This document shows, in pieces, positions 11,601 through 23,600 of a stretch of 64,000 nt of DNA. A program made the position numbers and the translations under genes. The first letter of the stretch is position 1. Each line of letters opens with the position of its first letter. Source of the stretch: Tubulanus polymorphus (Eukaryota > Animalia > Nemertea); NCBI RefSeq assembly GCF_964204645.1, contig NC_134031.1:17409807-17473806 (forward strand), in the 5' to 3' direction. The notes below the pieces were generated by a model. It was not told the DNA's origin, did not search any database, and worked only from the letters and a program-made list of their open reading frames with translations.

Positions 11601-14600
11601 GACATGCTAATTCGCGTAAGATTTATCTTCCAAATTAAACAAAAGGGCTTATAATGTTTATGATCGTCCTTATCGGGTTGATTCTGAACAAACGCTGTCA
11701 ATAGAGTAGGCCTCGGCCATTTATATGCTACACATTTCATATATTTTTGGTACGAAATTCATGTACATTTATAGATATATCATAAATCCAGATTATTGAT
11801 CCGAAAGGAATTGATTTTATTAGTTGATGGCATTCTTTATCAAAAGATTCTTTTGATAAAGAATATCTTAGAGAGGTAAATCTTTTGATTACGAGTATAG
11901 ACCCTAACCAACACTCAACCCTTATTTTAAGCATACATACGACGGAATTCAATTTCAATAGTTCTATTTTCTTCGTCTACCGTAGATCAATCAAAATTTA
12001 TCCGACCTTTTTATGTGTCGAAGGCATAGATCGATATCCCTATAACATTGACTATAAAAGGCGTTTTCTGATCGATTCTAATACTAAGTATAGAACGCTA
12101 TAGCTAGATCTCTAGAGAGAGAGTCTATAACGCAAACAGTTCCATATGCGATCAACAAGCCGGCTGGAACAGCAGTACTTTACACCGGTGAGTTAACCAT
12201 GTATGTTAGTTTGATTCTGAATAGATAATTACGTATAGCTTTCTATCCTCCAAAAATTAGAAGCTTTTGATATCATCGAAATTCCTATATGTGGATGGAT
12301 CATTATGTAGTGGATTTGCTGGAGTCGATCTGACATTCCATACGTTCGTCATCCAATCAAGAAGACAATTCAGACGAACAAATTTGATGGTGTCTATCGG
12401 TTATGGTCCAGAATACGAAGGGTTTCTAACGTTTAGTCTCTGTTTAGCCGTTGTTCTCGTTAAAGATGTTCGACTACTTGTTCAGATAAAATGCTGTTTG
12501 ATGTAATTAGGGAAAGTAAAGAAACAACATTCGTATTTTTAGCTTGCGACATGAATAATTTCTAATTTCTAGATTCGAGCAAAAACCTTCAACTCTAATT
12601 GTAGTTTGAGTAGATGGACTCTAGCACCATCGTTAACTGTTTTATAGATTATTCAGAAGCATGTATGAGTGTTAATGATTCCTATTGGAATAATGGAAAC
12701 ACAAGGAAACAGCTCTGATGGTAAAAATATTCATCAAACACAATAAATTCAATTAATGGGTTAATAACATATCAATCGCTAAAAATTCTGAAATTATTGT
12801 TAAACGCGCGGGTAACGTTTCGATTCGAAGAAAATGCAACGTCATTTGTGTTTGAATCATGACTTCATATTTCGCAATATTGCTTGTAAAATATCGCCAC
12901 ATTTTAATCTAAGACGTTAGAAAATAGGTTTCACGTTCATCTGCGGAATGAAAACTATAATCAGGGCGTGGTTGTCACTGTATCTTGATTGAAAAATCTC
13001 TAAGTTTTTTTCTGGCTTTCCTAACAACGGTTGCCGTGGCTGGTTTCTCCAATATTTCCGATCATGCGCAGGGGTAAAGCAAATATAATATCTCAATGTA
13101 TATTAATTTCGCGTCCACGTAAAACCACAAATCCCATTAGATTCGACGTTTATTTACTCTTCTACAGGTAGCGATTTTACTAGATTCCTTTGCTAAGTTA
13201 TTGACGAGGAATTAACTTTCCAGGCGTCGGTGACCTATACGAATTAATCTTGCAACTGTTGCAACCGCTTTAATCAAAATATCAATTGAGACTCAGCATC
13301 GAATTTATTGGACCCTTAATGACGAGTCTGTCATAATTAAGTGATCTATGATTTCCACGTACCTTGTCACCATGGTTAGTACTTCCGGTATGCATTAATA
13401 ACCATGAAATTCTTGCTTCGCGAGCATCTCAGTCGTTAGAGCAATCGGCAAATTACTTTCGGACCGTTCCCTGCATTGGATCAAAATGTCGTCGGCATCG
13501 TTTGTTTTTTAAATATATTCTCGTTACAAAAAGAAATCTACATCAATGAGGCTCGGAAATTGAAAAAAAAAACGACAACAAACAGTATAATGATATTGAT
13601 ATCACGTATTTTTTCAATCATAAGGTATCATATTCATCGAACTATCGAATGGAGATCTATTCTTCAATGTATTCATTTATACTTGAGTTTTTTAAGGCTG
13701 CACATACGATAGAGTATATGTTTATTCAAACGTTGTCTGGTTAATATGAAAATCCAACATTAGTCGTAAAACCCTGGAAATTCACTATTGATTTGAATAT
13801 ACAGCGTTTATGCCATCAGCACCAGCTGTTGTTGCAGCACTGCTATTACCCGGTGTGTGACAGCTAGCATACGGGGCCGTCACGGCCTGTATTTTTAATC
13901 TATGTAGCGGTCATAGCTTTTTAGTCATCTCGATTACTGAACTAGGCGTTGTACTCAACAAACAGAACATCACTAATGTATTGCGTTAATTGATGTGGCT
14001 ATCGTCATATATGTTTAATCAAGTTGTCCGAGAACCTGATAAGTTTTTTAACATTCTTTTTGTAAATAATGGTTTTTGTCCATTGTACTAGAATTATAAA
14101 TATCGTTATGGACAGATTATACCGGGCCATATTCGTTGAGTGATCTACTAGTAATCTAACCATGTCTGCAAGTGTCAGCCAGCCAATATTGTTCTAAGGC
14201 AATATATGCGACCATCTGTCATCGGGTATGAAATGTGAACAGGTTAGATAGCAAATAAAATATATAGGCCCTACGTGTGCGCAGCAGCCTTTTTAGGATA
14301 GCAAACATCGGATTGATTATAATTATTAAGTGTTGTACAAAAGTTTATAGGGTAGAATCTTGTATTGTTGTTCGAAGTTCGCAAAACGACTATCGATAAA
14401 GTGTTTGGGAAACAAATCTCTAGATAATGTTTGCGTATTGAATCCAAATCAGAGTTTATACTTCAGAATTGTGAAAGGTTGCATATTGGAATAGATCAGA
14501 ATCAATCATCTTCAAATCTGATATTCAATAGGACTATGTAATCAATTGATATTGAGACATATCTGCCGATACACAGATATATGGATAGTTATTATCTGTG

Positions 14601-14647
14601 TAGTAAATTCATTTTTATTTTTTTTTCTTTTCTTTGTAGGCGACGAA

Positions 14648-17600
14648 ATGCCGCGGGACGGCCACTCTTTACTGAACGACGGGGCGTTCGAACGCTTCAT
14701 CTCGTCTGCCCTAGCAACTATTCTCACGCTGATATTTTCCTGGCGAATCCTGCTCGATCTCGAACACAAGGAATCGTCGCGATTGATGATCGAAGACACC
14801 GGCGACAATGAACGGGAGAAACGGCGTCAAACAGCGCGGGAAATAGCTGATGAAAACGGCGCTGAAACCGAGCGGAAACAACGGCTAGCAATCGAACGGG
14901 GAGGCAGCTGTACACAAGGAATAGTGAGAATAATACAAACGGGGACAGCTGCCGATTCTAATGTGTGTTGTGGTGGTATACCTGTACGTCGAAAACTACT
15001 GGGCACAAACGTCGATACCGGTCTGATGGAGGATTGTGTGGAGGTTGATATAAGTGATTCATTTAGGGAAGTACCGAATCATCATTTTCGACATCATGAG
15101 CAATACCAGGGTGCGGCGGGTTTCGTAACGGATTTAGATGCACCGATGGTGGCGGAGAACGACGATCGAGATTTGTACGGCGAAATGGCTGCCATGGTAG
15201 CGAATCATCGGCTCCATAGACACTACTGTTCGTACGAAAACGACGAGTTTTACTGCAGCAGCGACGAGGAATTGGATATCTACGGGCGACGAATGTTGGA
15301 TACTATTTCAGAGGAAGATGACGATGAGCTGCCGAGCAGCGTCGATGAGAATAATGCGTGGTTGAACGACGATATCGAGGAAGCGAATTCGATGGAGTAC
15401 GACGCCGAGTGGACGACGCAAAACGACCCGGTTAATCACGGTATTCGACATCAGTACATTCATCATTCCGATACCGATCCAAATCATTTTCATCATCATC
15501 CCCACCATTTAAAACATCATCAGTATCATCATCCGCCGAGCAATAGCGATGACGACGCGAAAACGCGCGAAGAAGTCGTGGTGCATTCCGAAGCGAAACT
15601 CGAAAAGCCAGCTCCGGTCAGAAATGCGGCTGTTCGGGCTTTGGAATTATTGAAAGCCTGCGATGACCAGGCCCGAGATGATAGTTTATTAGAATGGAAG
15701 GAACGTAATTACAACATCAGCGCACCTCCGGACAGCGACGAATTCAGTTCCCCGAATTCATCGGTTAACAAGTCGGATCTGTATTTGTGGGACTCGCCAA
15801 TCAGTGCCGAATTGCCCAGATATTATGATCGATTGGAAACGCTACAAACGCATGAACCGCGTGAGCGCGAGGTGACAACCAACAGCGAACAGCTTGCAGC
15901 TAAAACAGGTTGCCATGACAACGCTGATGCGGAAAATAATCAGTACCAGGAATCTCAGAATCACAACACAATCTACACAGATATAAAAAGCTCTGCTGGC
16001 GAGAAAAGTCGATTCGAAATTTATAGCAGTGAACCTTATCGGAGACGTGTCCCATTAGCTTGCGATTATAATAACGAAACTGAAGGAAAAACCGTCACTG
16101 CAGACGATGCCATAAATAACGAAACAGTACCTGTCACGGTTAATGATAGCTACCTTGAATCGATAAGTAATGCAAACGACGCAAGGCATTCTAGTCAAAC
16201 AAAGCAATGGGTCGGTAGTATCGGCGGTACCGAATGTATAAACAACAATATTTGCGCTAACCAGGACATCAAACCAAACGAAGTTATCGCCGGTGAAAGT
16301 ATTCGTTCGAAACCTAACGACGAAATGGATTCCAATATGTATGTACAGGGGAGTAGTCGTACTTCGGATTATGACAGTGGAGAGAATTCGATCGATTCGC
16401 CTGTTTTAGAGTTAGTTCATAATGACATAGCTATCATTCAATGTGTTAACAGCGATAACGGAAATATTGCACCGGTGTACTGCGATTCGCAGTTATCGAG
16501 CGCCAAACATTCGCCGCCCAAAGGATTCATATTCGTGAAAACGACCGAAGAGGACGTGGATTACTCTGTGCATAGCACCGTCGTTTATAAAAAATACCAC
16601 GAGAGCGACGGTGACGCGCAGCAGGCCGAAATTGGTTCGTTATCGGTAAACAATAAAAGCGACGATGACGATATATTCGAGGGTGAAAATAGTGGATTTA
16701 TAATTCGTCGAGACAGCGCCGATTCCGATATTTCTAACGATTATAACCCGACAGAGAATCAACGATACGTTGACCTCGGCAATGATGAATTGTTAGCATC
16801 GGCTGCCATCGAATCTACCTCGTTATTCGCCGCCGATGTAAACAAATGCGACGGCGATCGCGATTCAGACGACGGTGGCGGTTCGTCTGCTAGTAGCACC
16901 ACGACAGCTGACACTGCCATAGAAGTACAAATAAGCGGGTTATCTAGCCCTCGTAGGTCGCCATTACGCTCGCCTAAAATAATACCCATTCATTCGCAAA
17001 CCGGTTCCCTGAAGTCTATAGATAAGGTGTCTCCATTCTCTGCTGGGAAATCTGACGTTCAAAATAATCTGTCTTCATTGGAAAAGCCGTCGACATTCAG
17101 AGGTGGTATTAAGGCTTTAAAACGTGAACCGGCCAACAGAGAAGTGTATTTAGACCGAACCGAAGGTGAAGGCGATACGTACGGTGACGGTGACGAAGAC
17201 TCGAATTCCAGCAGTAGTTCTACTGAGGAGTCGTTCGATTTAAGTGTTCAAACAAGTCCCCGTGAAAATAGATCAAGTGACAATCGAAGTATTGATTCAG
17301 GTCAGAGGAATATCATTAACGGGTCCCCTATATGTGCTACACGGACGCTTGGCATTTTAGAGGAATTGTCTGAGTCGAACAGTAGCTCGAGTGAGGATCT
17401 ATCTGCGGTATCAGACGCTGATAAAAAACAGATTCGTTTAGAATTGGAATCTAGCGGATTGATAAATCTGTTGCCTAGCCAGGATAAATCACACGGTGAA
17501 AGTTTGTTTAAAAACATCGATACACTTTATGTAAATGAGCTGAATACGGCAGATGGCAGTCGAAACGATACACCCCTGAAAAATGGAACAGATAAAAATT

Positions 17601-20600
17601 CGTTGGATAATAATCACGGAGAATATTTGAATACTGCCCCAGTTTGTTCTGACGACGACGAAATGGCAAACAGTCCAGGTTTAGAGGCTATTATGGCCAA
17701 ATATGGCATCAAACCGCGACTTCGTTCTGCCTCAGGACAAAGTGACTTTGGATTTACGAGACCTACCCGCGCTTTGAACGAGAGACCAATCAGCTCGATA
17801 CTGACACCGGAAATAAGGGACGGAGCATCGCCATCATCGTCTAACTACAGACCGGATGTTGTGACTCAGCCAGGGTATGTAGACGCGACTGCACAGACCG
17901 TGCGGTCATATCGATTACCAGCCCGTTTATTTGCCCTAAATCCCGAACGGTATTTCATCGAATACCCCGTCGAAACTACGACTTTTATCACCGAGGAGCG
18001 CATCGGTGGTAGAACTACGATTACCGAACATAAAGAACAGGGTGTTCAAGTAGAATTCGACCCGACCGGTGCGCGAGAGCGTGCCGAGAAACATGGAGAT
18101 TCTGATTCGGCTTCGGGAATAACAACCCATTATCTACATCCTGATCATCAAACGGACTTAGATGATGACACACAATCTGATCCAAACGATAATCAGGTAG
18201 AAGCCGAAGTGAAAACATTAACCGAAGCCGAACCGTCCACAAGTGACATCGACCTTGATGGGGATTCCCCGTTTCGACCAGTCGGAGCGTCATCACCATT
18301 ACCGGGATTTTCTCCACCTGCTGCTACGTCATCGCCAGTGCGATTTAAGCCAATTAATCCGGCGACTACCTTAAAAACTGATGATCAACAAATGGCGCCG
18401 TCACCAGCCGTTTCTTCCCCAACTCCATCCGATTCTACCAACGATAATCAGTCCCCGCTCAGTAACAATTCATTACACGAATCGTCGCCAAAAGGTGCAC
18501 GAGGGTTTTCGCCCGCCCGATCTGCTTCGCCTGAATGGAGGACAGAAGAGTGGACCGAAGTAAGACCGACCGCTTCGTATGATGTAACGCCAGCTTCTAT
18601 GGACAGAAGTAGATCGTCGGCTGAGATGGAATTGGAAGTCGACCGAGCATTGCGCGATGTACAGGGTCGAATTCAACAGTGGAATGAAGCCTATAAAACT
18701 AGTCGTAGCCCTTCGCCATTAGATGATGAAAGCAATGATAATCTTAAGCCCGCTGAAGAAAAATGGCGTCATTCACCTTGGAGGGAAATTAATCCTGATG
18801 TACCAGAAAATGATAAACAGTCCTTGGCCTCCAGTGGCGAAGGGTCCCCACTACCAAAAGTTGAAGAATGGACTGTAGAGCACAAAGTACCACGGGCGTC
18901 GCTGCCAGATTATCTGCTTGCACAAATTCCACAAGAAGATGCAACTGCACCGGCTCCACGTTATGAAGAATGGACTGTAGAGCACACATTACCAGTGGTC
19001 ACTACAGCAGACTCTGATCGTCCAGTATCTGTTTCCCCGATGTCGGAAGCTGTAGATGAAAATGCAGCCGCTGATAATGCTAATTCCGACCTTGCTTCAA
19101 GTAGATCGAGTACACCAAGTACTCGATATGAAGAATGGACTGTCGAACATACAGTACCTATACCCGTTAGAGGTCCTTCACCACAGGTACCAAAGCTACT
19201 TCTACATGAATTACCGGAGTCAGATAAACCAGGGGATAACCCAAAACTGTTAAATATTCCTAGCCATATCCGAGCAGAAATTACTAGTTCCCCTGTGTCA
19301 ACTCGATCAACATCTCCGATGGAAGAATCGTGGTCTGAAGAATGGACAGTTGAGCATCCCATACCAAAGTATTTGTTAGAAGAAGATGTCAACTCGTCTT
19401 ACAGTCTAGATTCAAGCATGGAAGTCACGAGATATGATCCAAATAAACCAGCACCTGTAGCTGACATGGATGACGAATTTGATGATATATCACCTAGAAC
19501 TCCACCGAAAAAGGTGTCACCGCGAAACACAACAACAATGGTACCACCTCCCATTCCAATTCGCGCATCGTTGGAGAATAAAGAAATAAAGCAGCCTCAA
19601 ATGACTGAACGACCCCTCATACCAGTTAAACCAATGGCGATAAATGTGACGCCTGGAAAAACTATGACGCCACCTATTCCTCCTCGAAAAGGTGTTTCTG
19701 GTGACAAAGATGCAAAGACGCCACCACCAATACCAGTAAGAGTGATCGATCAGAAGAAAATTCCTGAAATTCCCCCACGACTGGCTGATAAGCCACCGAC
19801 TCCTACGCGCCCAACTATTAAGCCTTTTGGAAATTTATCAAAAGAGCTCGGTGTTTCGAACTCTGTTCCAAGAGTTACTACCACAGCACGAGAGCAAGAT
19901 CAACCCAGACAGTCCCTGAAGCCTTTATCACCTGTTGAAAAGAAGATCGAACAGTTTCTACAGCAGGAAGACGAACAGGATGAGCAACAACCACCACCGC
20001 TACCACGTAAACATGGCACCTACCAATCGGTTTTACAAGAACCAGTGTCTAAAGACACGAAGAATGTTTCGCATTTATTCAGTCTTCCACCGAAACCGAC
20101 TTCTAGAAAACAGGAAGTTCTCAAAGAAAAGAGAAGCGATTTTATTTCGTCTCCTCCCGAAGTAACAGAGGAGGAGAAACAAAAGGCTTTAGGGACGAAA
20201 GACTGGGAAAAACGTCCAAAACCAATTTTGAAACGAAACAGAGGTGACAGTGACACAAGCAGAAATGAATCATCTTCAACTGATACTAGCTTCCAATCTA
20301 TAAACTACGGAACTCAATCTAAAAATGAATTGCCAAAATACAGTTTAAGTGTCTATCCGAGTGTTAAAGATCAGATCGATGGTCTTGTCTTTAAAGAAAT
20401 TGATATTGATGCGGCGTCGCCGAATACTTCTAGAGACGATGACGTCTTCTTCAAAACCAGATCTTTACCTTATCGGGCCAAAGCAAAATCCCTTAGTGAT
20501 TTATTACAGTCTGGCTCATTTAAACGACGGTCCACTTTGCCAAGTGGAAGCGGTATATGTGGAGTGAGATTAGTGAGATCGCCATCAACAAATCTGTGTC

Positions 20601-23600
20601 GAACTCCCAGCGTGTTTTTCAACGCCAGAGCAAAATCAATGACGAATCTTTTGGAGACGGATATCGACACTGGCGAATCAACAGTGACGCCTCTAGTAAC
20701 TGAAACGGACATCGATGAAGTATTCAAAGAACGACAATCAAGAGCTCGTAGCCTAGTCGACCTGCGTGGACAAGAGCCACTATCCACGAGTTTCTTCGAA
20801 GAAAGAGGACGTTCGTGGGAAAAAACACGCAGTTTGACGTATTTGCCATGTAATGCTCTTTTCAACTTCGATGATATCGATGGTCAACCTGAACGAAAGA
20901 ACTCTGAGCACGATATCAGAATATCTCGATCGTTAACCAGACTAGATTTGCCAGAATGGTACGTAAAATCGGCGAACAGTAGATCGTCGAGTCGACCGCG
21001 ATCACCAGCCAATATTTCTGTATATTCGCCAGTCAACGCTAACGTTGACATGGACTATTCTCGACACGACAGTAGTTTCAGCAGCTCCAGTAGCAACTCA
21101 CGTGGTCCGAAACCTGTTGTGATTCAAACTCGAGTATCAAGATCTCGGTCCCCAAATAATAGGGCGACAAAAGAAGCACCAGCTGTACCAGCAAAATTTG
21201 AACTGCCTAGTGAAAAATACAGGAAGAAGAACAAACCTAAAGAATTAGAGCCCATTAAGTCTAGACTTCTACCGCCTTCACTTTTGCTGCAACAAAAGCA
21301 AGCCGAAAAGAATGAAGCGAAGGAAAGTGAGGTTAAGGCAGTTCATGAGAAGAATTCTCCACCTTCCGAAGAGCCCGTGGTTGGTGGAAAGGTCAGTACC
21401 CCGTATCAAGTACGGCGGCCTCTTGTGTCTTATGAAATTCAAACGACGCGAACGGTTTCATCATATGAATCACCGAGTTATGAAATAAACCAACAGCAAC
21501 CAGTGAAACCAGTGACGCACCAAACTGAAGCTCCAAAATTATCAAACTATACAATTCGTCAAGAAGACCGATACTCGGCAAATTCGTATGAATCATCAGA
21601 ACAAAGACCAGAACATGGTTCTTCGTATTCGATGACTCCTTATAAAATTCAGACAGAACAGATAGCGCCATCGTATGAACCAACAATGTATGAATTAAAT
21701 CAACATCCGTACGAGTATCAGATTGAAGCATCAACTCCCCTGACCTATTCTACACCGCAAGTGACAACTCTGACTTATGACAAGACTGAGCTGCAACAAC
21801 CCCACAATGATGTCCATTCCGTTGCTCAATACGTTCCAGAAAATCGAGTACAGAATAATTACGATGAATTTGATAGCTCTCCTGGTTCCAGACGGCGCTT
21901 CCCTCAAAATGAGGAGCCATCACGACAGTATTATACAAGTGACATTAAAACGATCGATAGTTCACCTGGTTCACATCGACGAAATCTCGTTTCTACCAAT
22001 GTTGATCAGAATTACTATGATGAGCGTCAAAGTCCACAAACATCCGATTATCAAGACCTGGGCCAATCTCCTAAACCCAGACATCGGCAATTCGAGATAG
22101 ATCAACAGAGCGAAGGTCTGCAGATACTGACAGGATCACCTGGTGGCAGAAGGTCCTTTCAAACAGATATCGACGGAGAACCCAATCCAGCCACACATTT
22201 TCAGCATGAACCACAGCAAGAAGACGGTCCATCTTACGAGCAGCTTCAGATGTCTCCTGGGGCACGGCGATCGTATAGATTGGGCAGAACAGGTTACCAA
22301 TCTCCGATTCCAAGTCAACAAGCCTCATACGACACCCCAGCAGAAGGAACTCGTTTTAAATCTTCTACCAGCATAACCCCTCAGCCTCAAAATCGTGACA
22401 GACCGACTCCGCGTGTAAGAACAACTCCAGTTGCCCAACCGCGACGAAGTTTGACCACCCCAAATAAATCTTCAATCGAAACTGACATTGATGCTGACAT
22501 CGTTGCTCCACCATATGATACCCGCAAACCTACAGCAACGGAGACTAATATAGACGGCCCAGCTGGTTACACAGAGAGATATGACGCCGAACCCAGACGA
22601 TTTAGTCGAGGTAGAGGGGCTGAATTCAACAACAGGGCGTACCACAGACCGATTGAAACGAATGTAGACGATGACATACCAGTAAGTCTTAACAAACCTT
22701 CATATGTAGTTAAACCAGCCGTTCGTTCGTATGAAACAAACATCGATGATGTCATGACAAGTCAATATAGTCAAAGACCAACGCAGTCTTACGAAGTATC
22801 TTATAGCACGACTAGCCCGACTTTGATAAATGGAAGACGGTCTATGGAAACTATGATTGACGACGAATATGACTTTGACTCGCCCGCCAGTAGTATTCCT
22901 CCGACGCCAATTTTCTCATCAGGTCACGTTTATTCAACAAGCGATATCGACATGATCTACAGTACTTCACATAGTTCGGCTAATGGACCTACGCTATTGA
23001 CCAGAAGTTGGAGTGACGACAAAGTGAACATAGAAACCGTAGATGACGAGGAGATTATAGTGACGAAAAAATACGATTTAACTGATGTCCAAAATCCAGA
23101 TAAAATGGCTCAACAAATACACGACTTCTTTTCAATGGAATCTACCATACTAGACGATACGGACCATAATGCGAAGTCTATCGCTAACGGTCTGAACGAA
23201 AGTTCCAATAACTCAACCGATTATTGTAATGATACACCATTGGCAGAGGTTTTGGACGGTTTGTTGGCATTACCGAAGAGTCCAAGAAACGTATCGCCGA
23301 ATTCTGATTCCGATGATGACAACGGCGATGAAAACGTCAGCTATGACAACCGATCCAGACGCGGAACTCTGATCAGCATTAACGAATCAAAAGAAGAGAA
23401 AGCAATCGAATCCGACGCGTTGGAAACTGGTGAACTGAGAGATTCATTCGGTGACGAACGCACTATTGACGAAGACAGAATTACGGTGAAATGTCGAAAT
23501 TCGAAATGCGGTAAAACTGCGAAGTTGTCCGAAGCGAGAGAAACGTTTAAAACCTGTCATAATTGTTACACGTATTACTGCAGTAGAAACTGTCGAAAAT

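Noticed and set aside
8900-14500. Numerous 60-80 aa ORFs
   Set aside because: AT-rich with no recognisable motifs. Likely AJM1 upstream or intronic sequence; candidate donors near 10167, 11138 and 12188 may be non-coding exons but are unsupported.
14546-14647. ORF-track N-terminal extension of AJM1 (…FLFFFLFFVG)
   Set aside because: It is the translated polypyrimidine tract of an intron acceptor.
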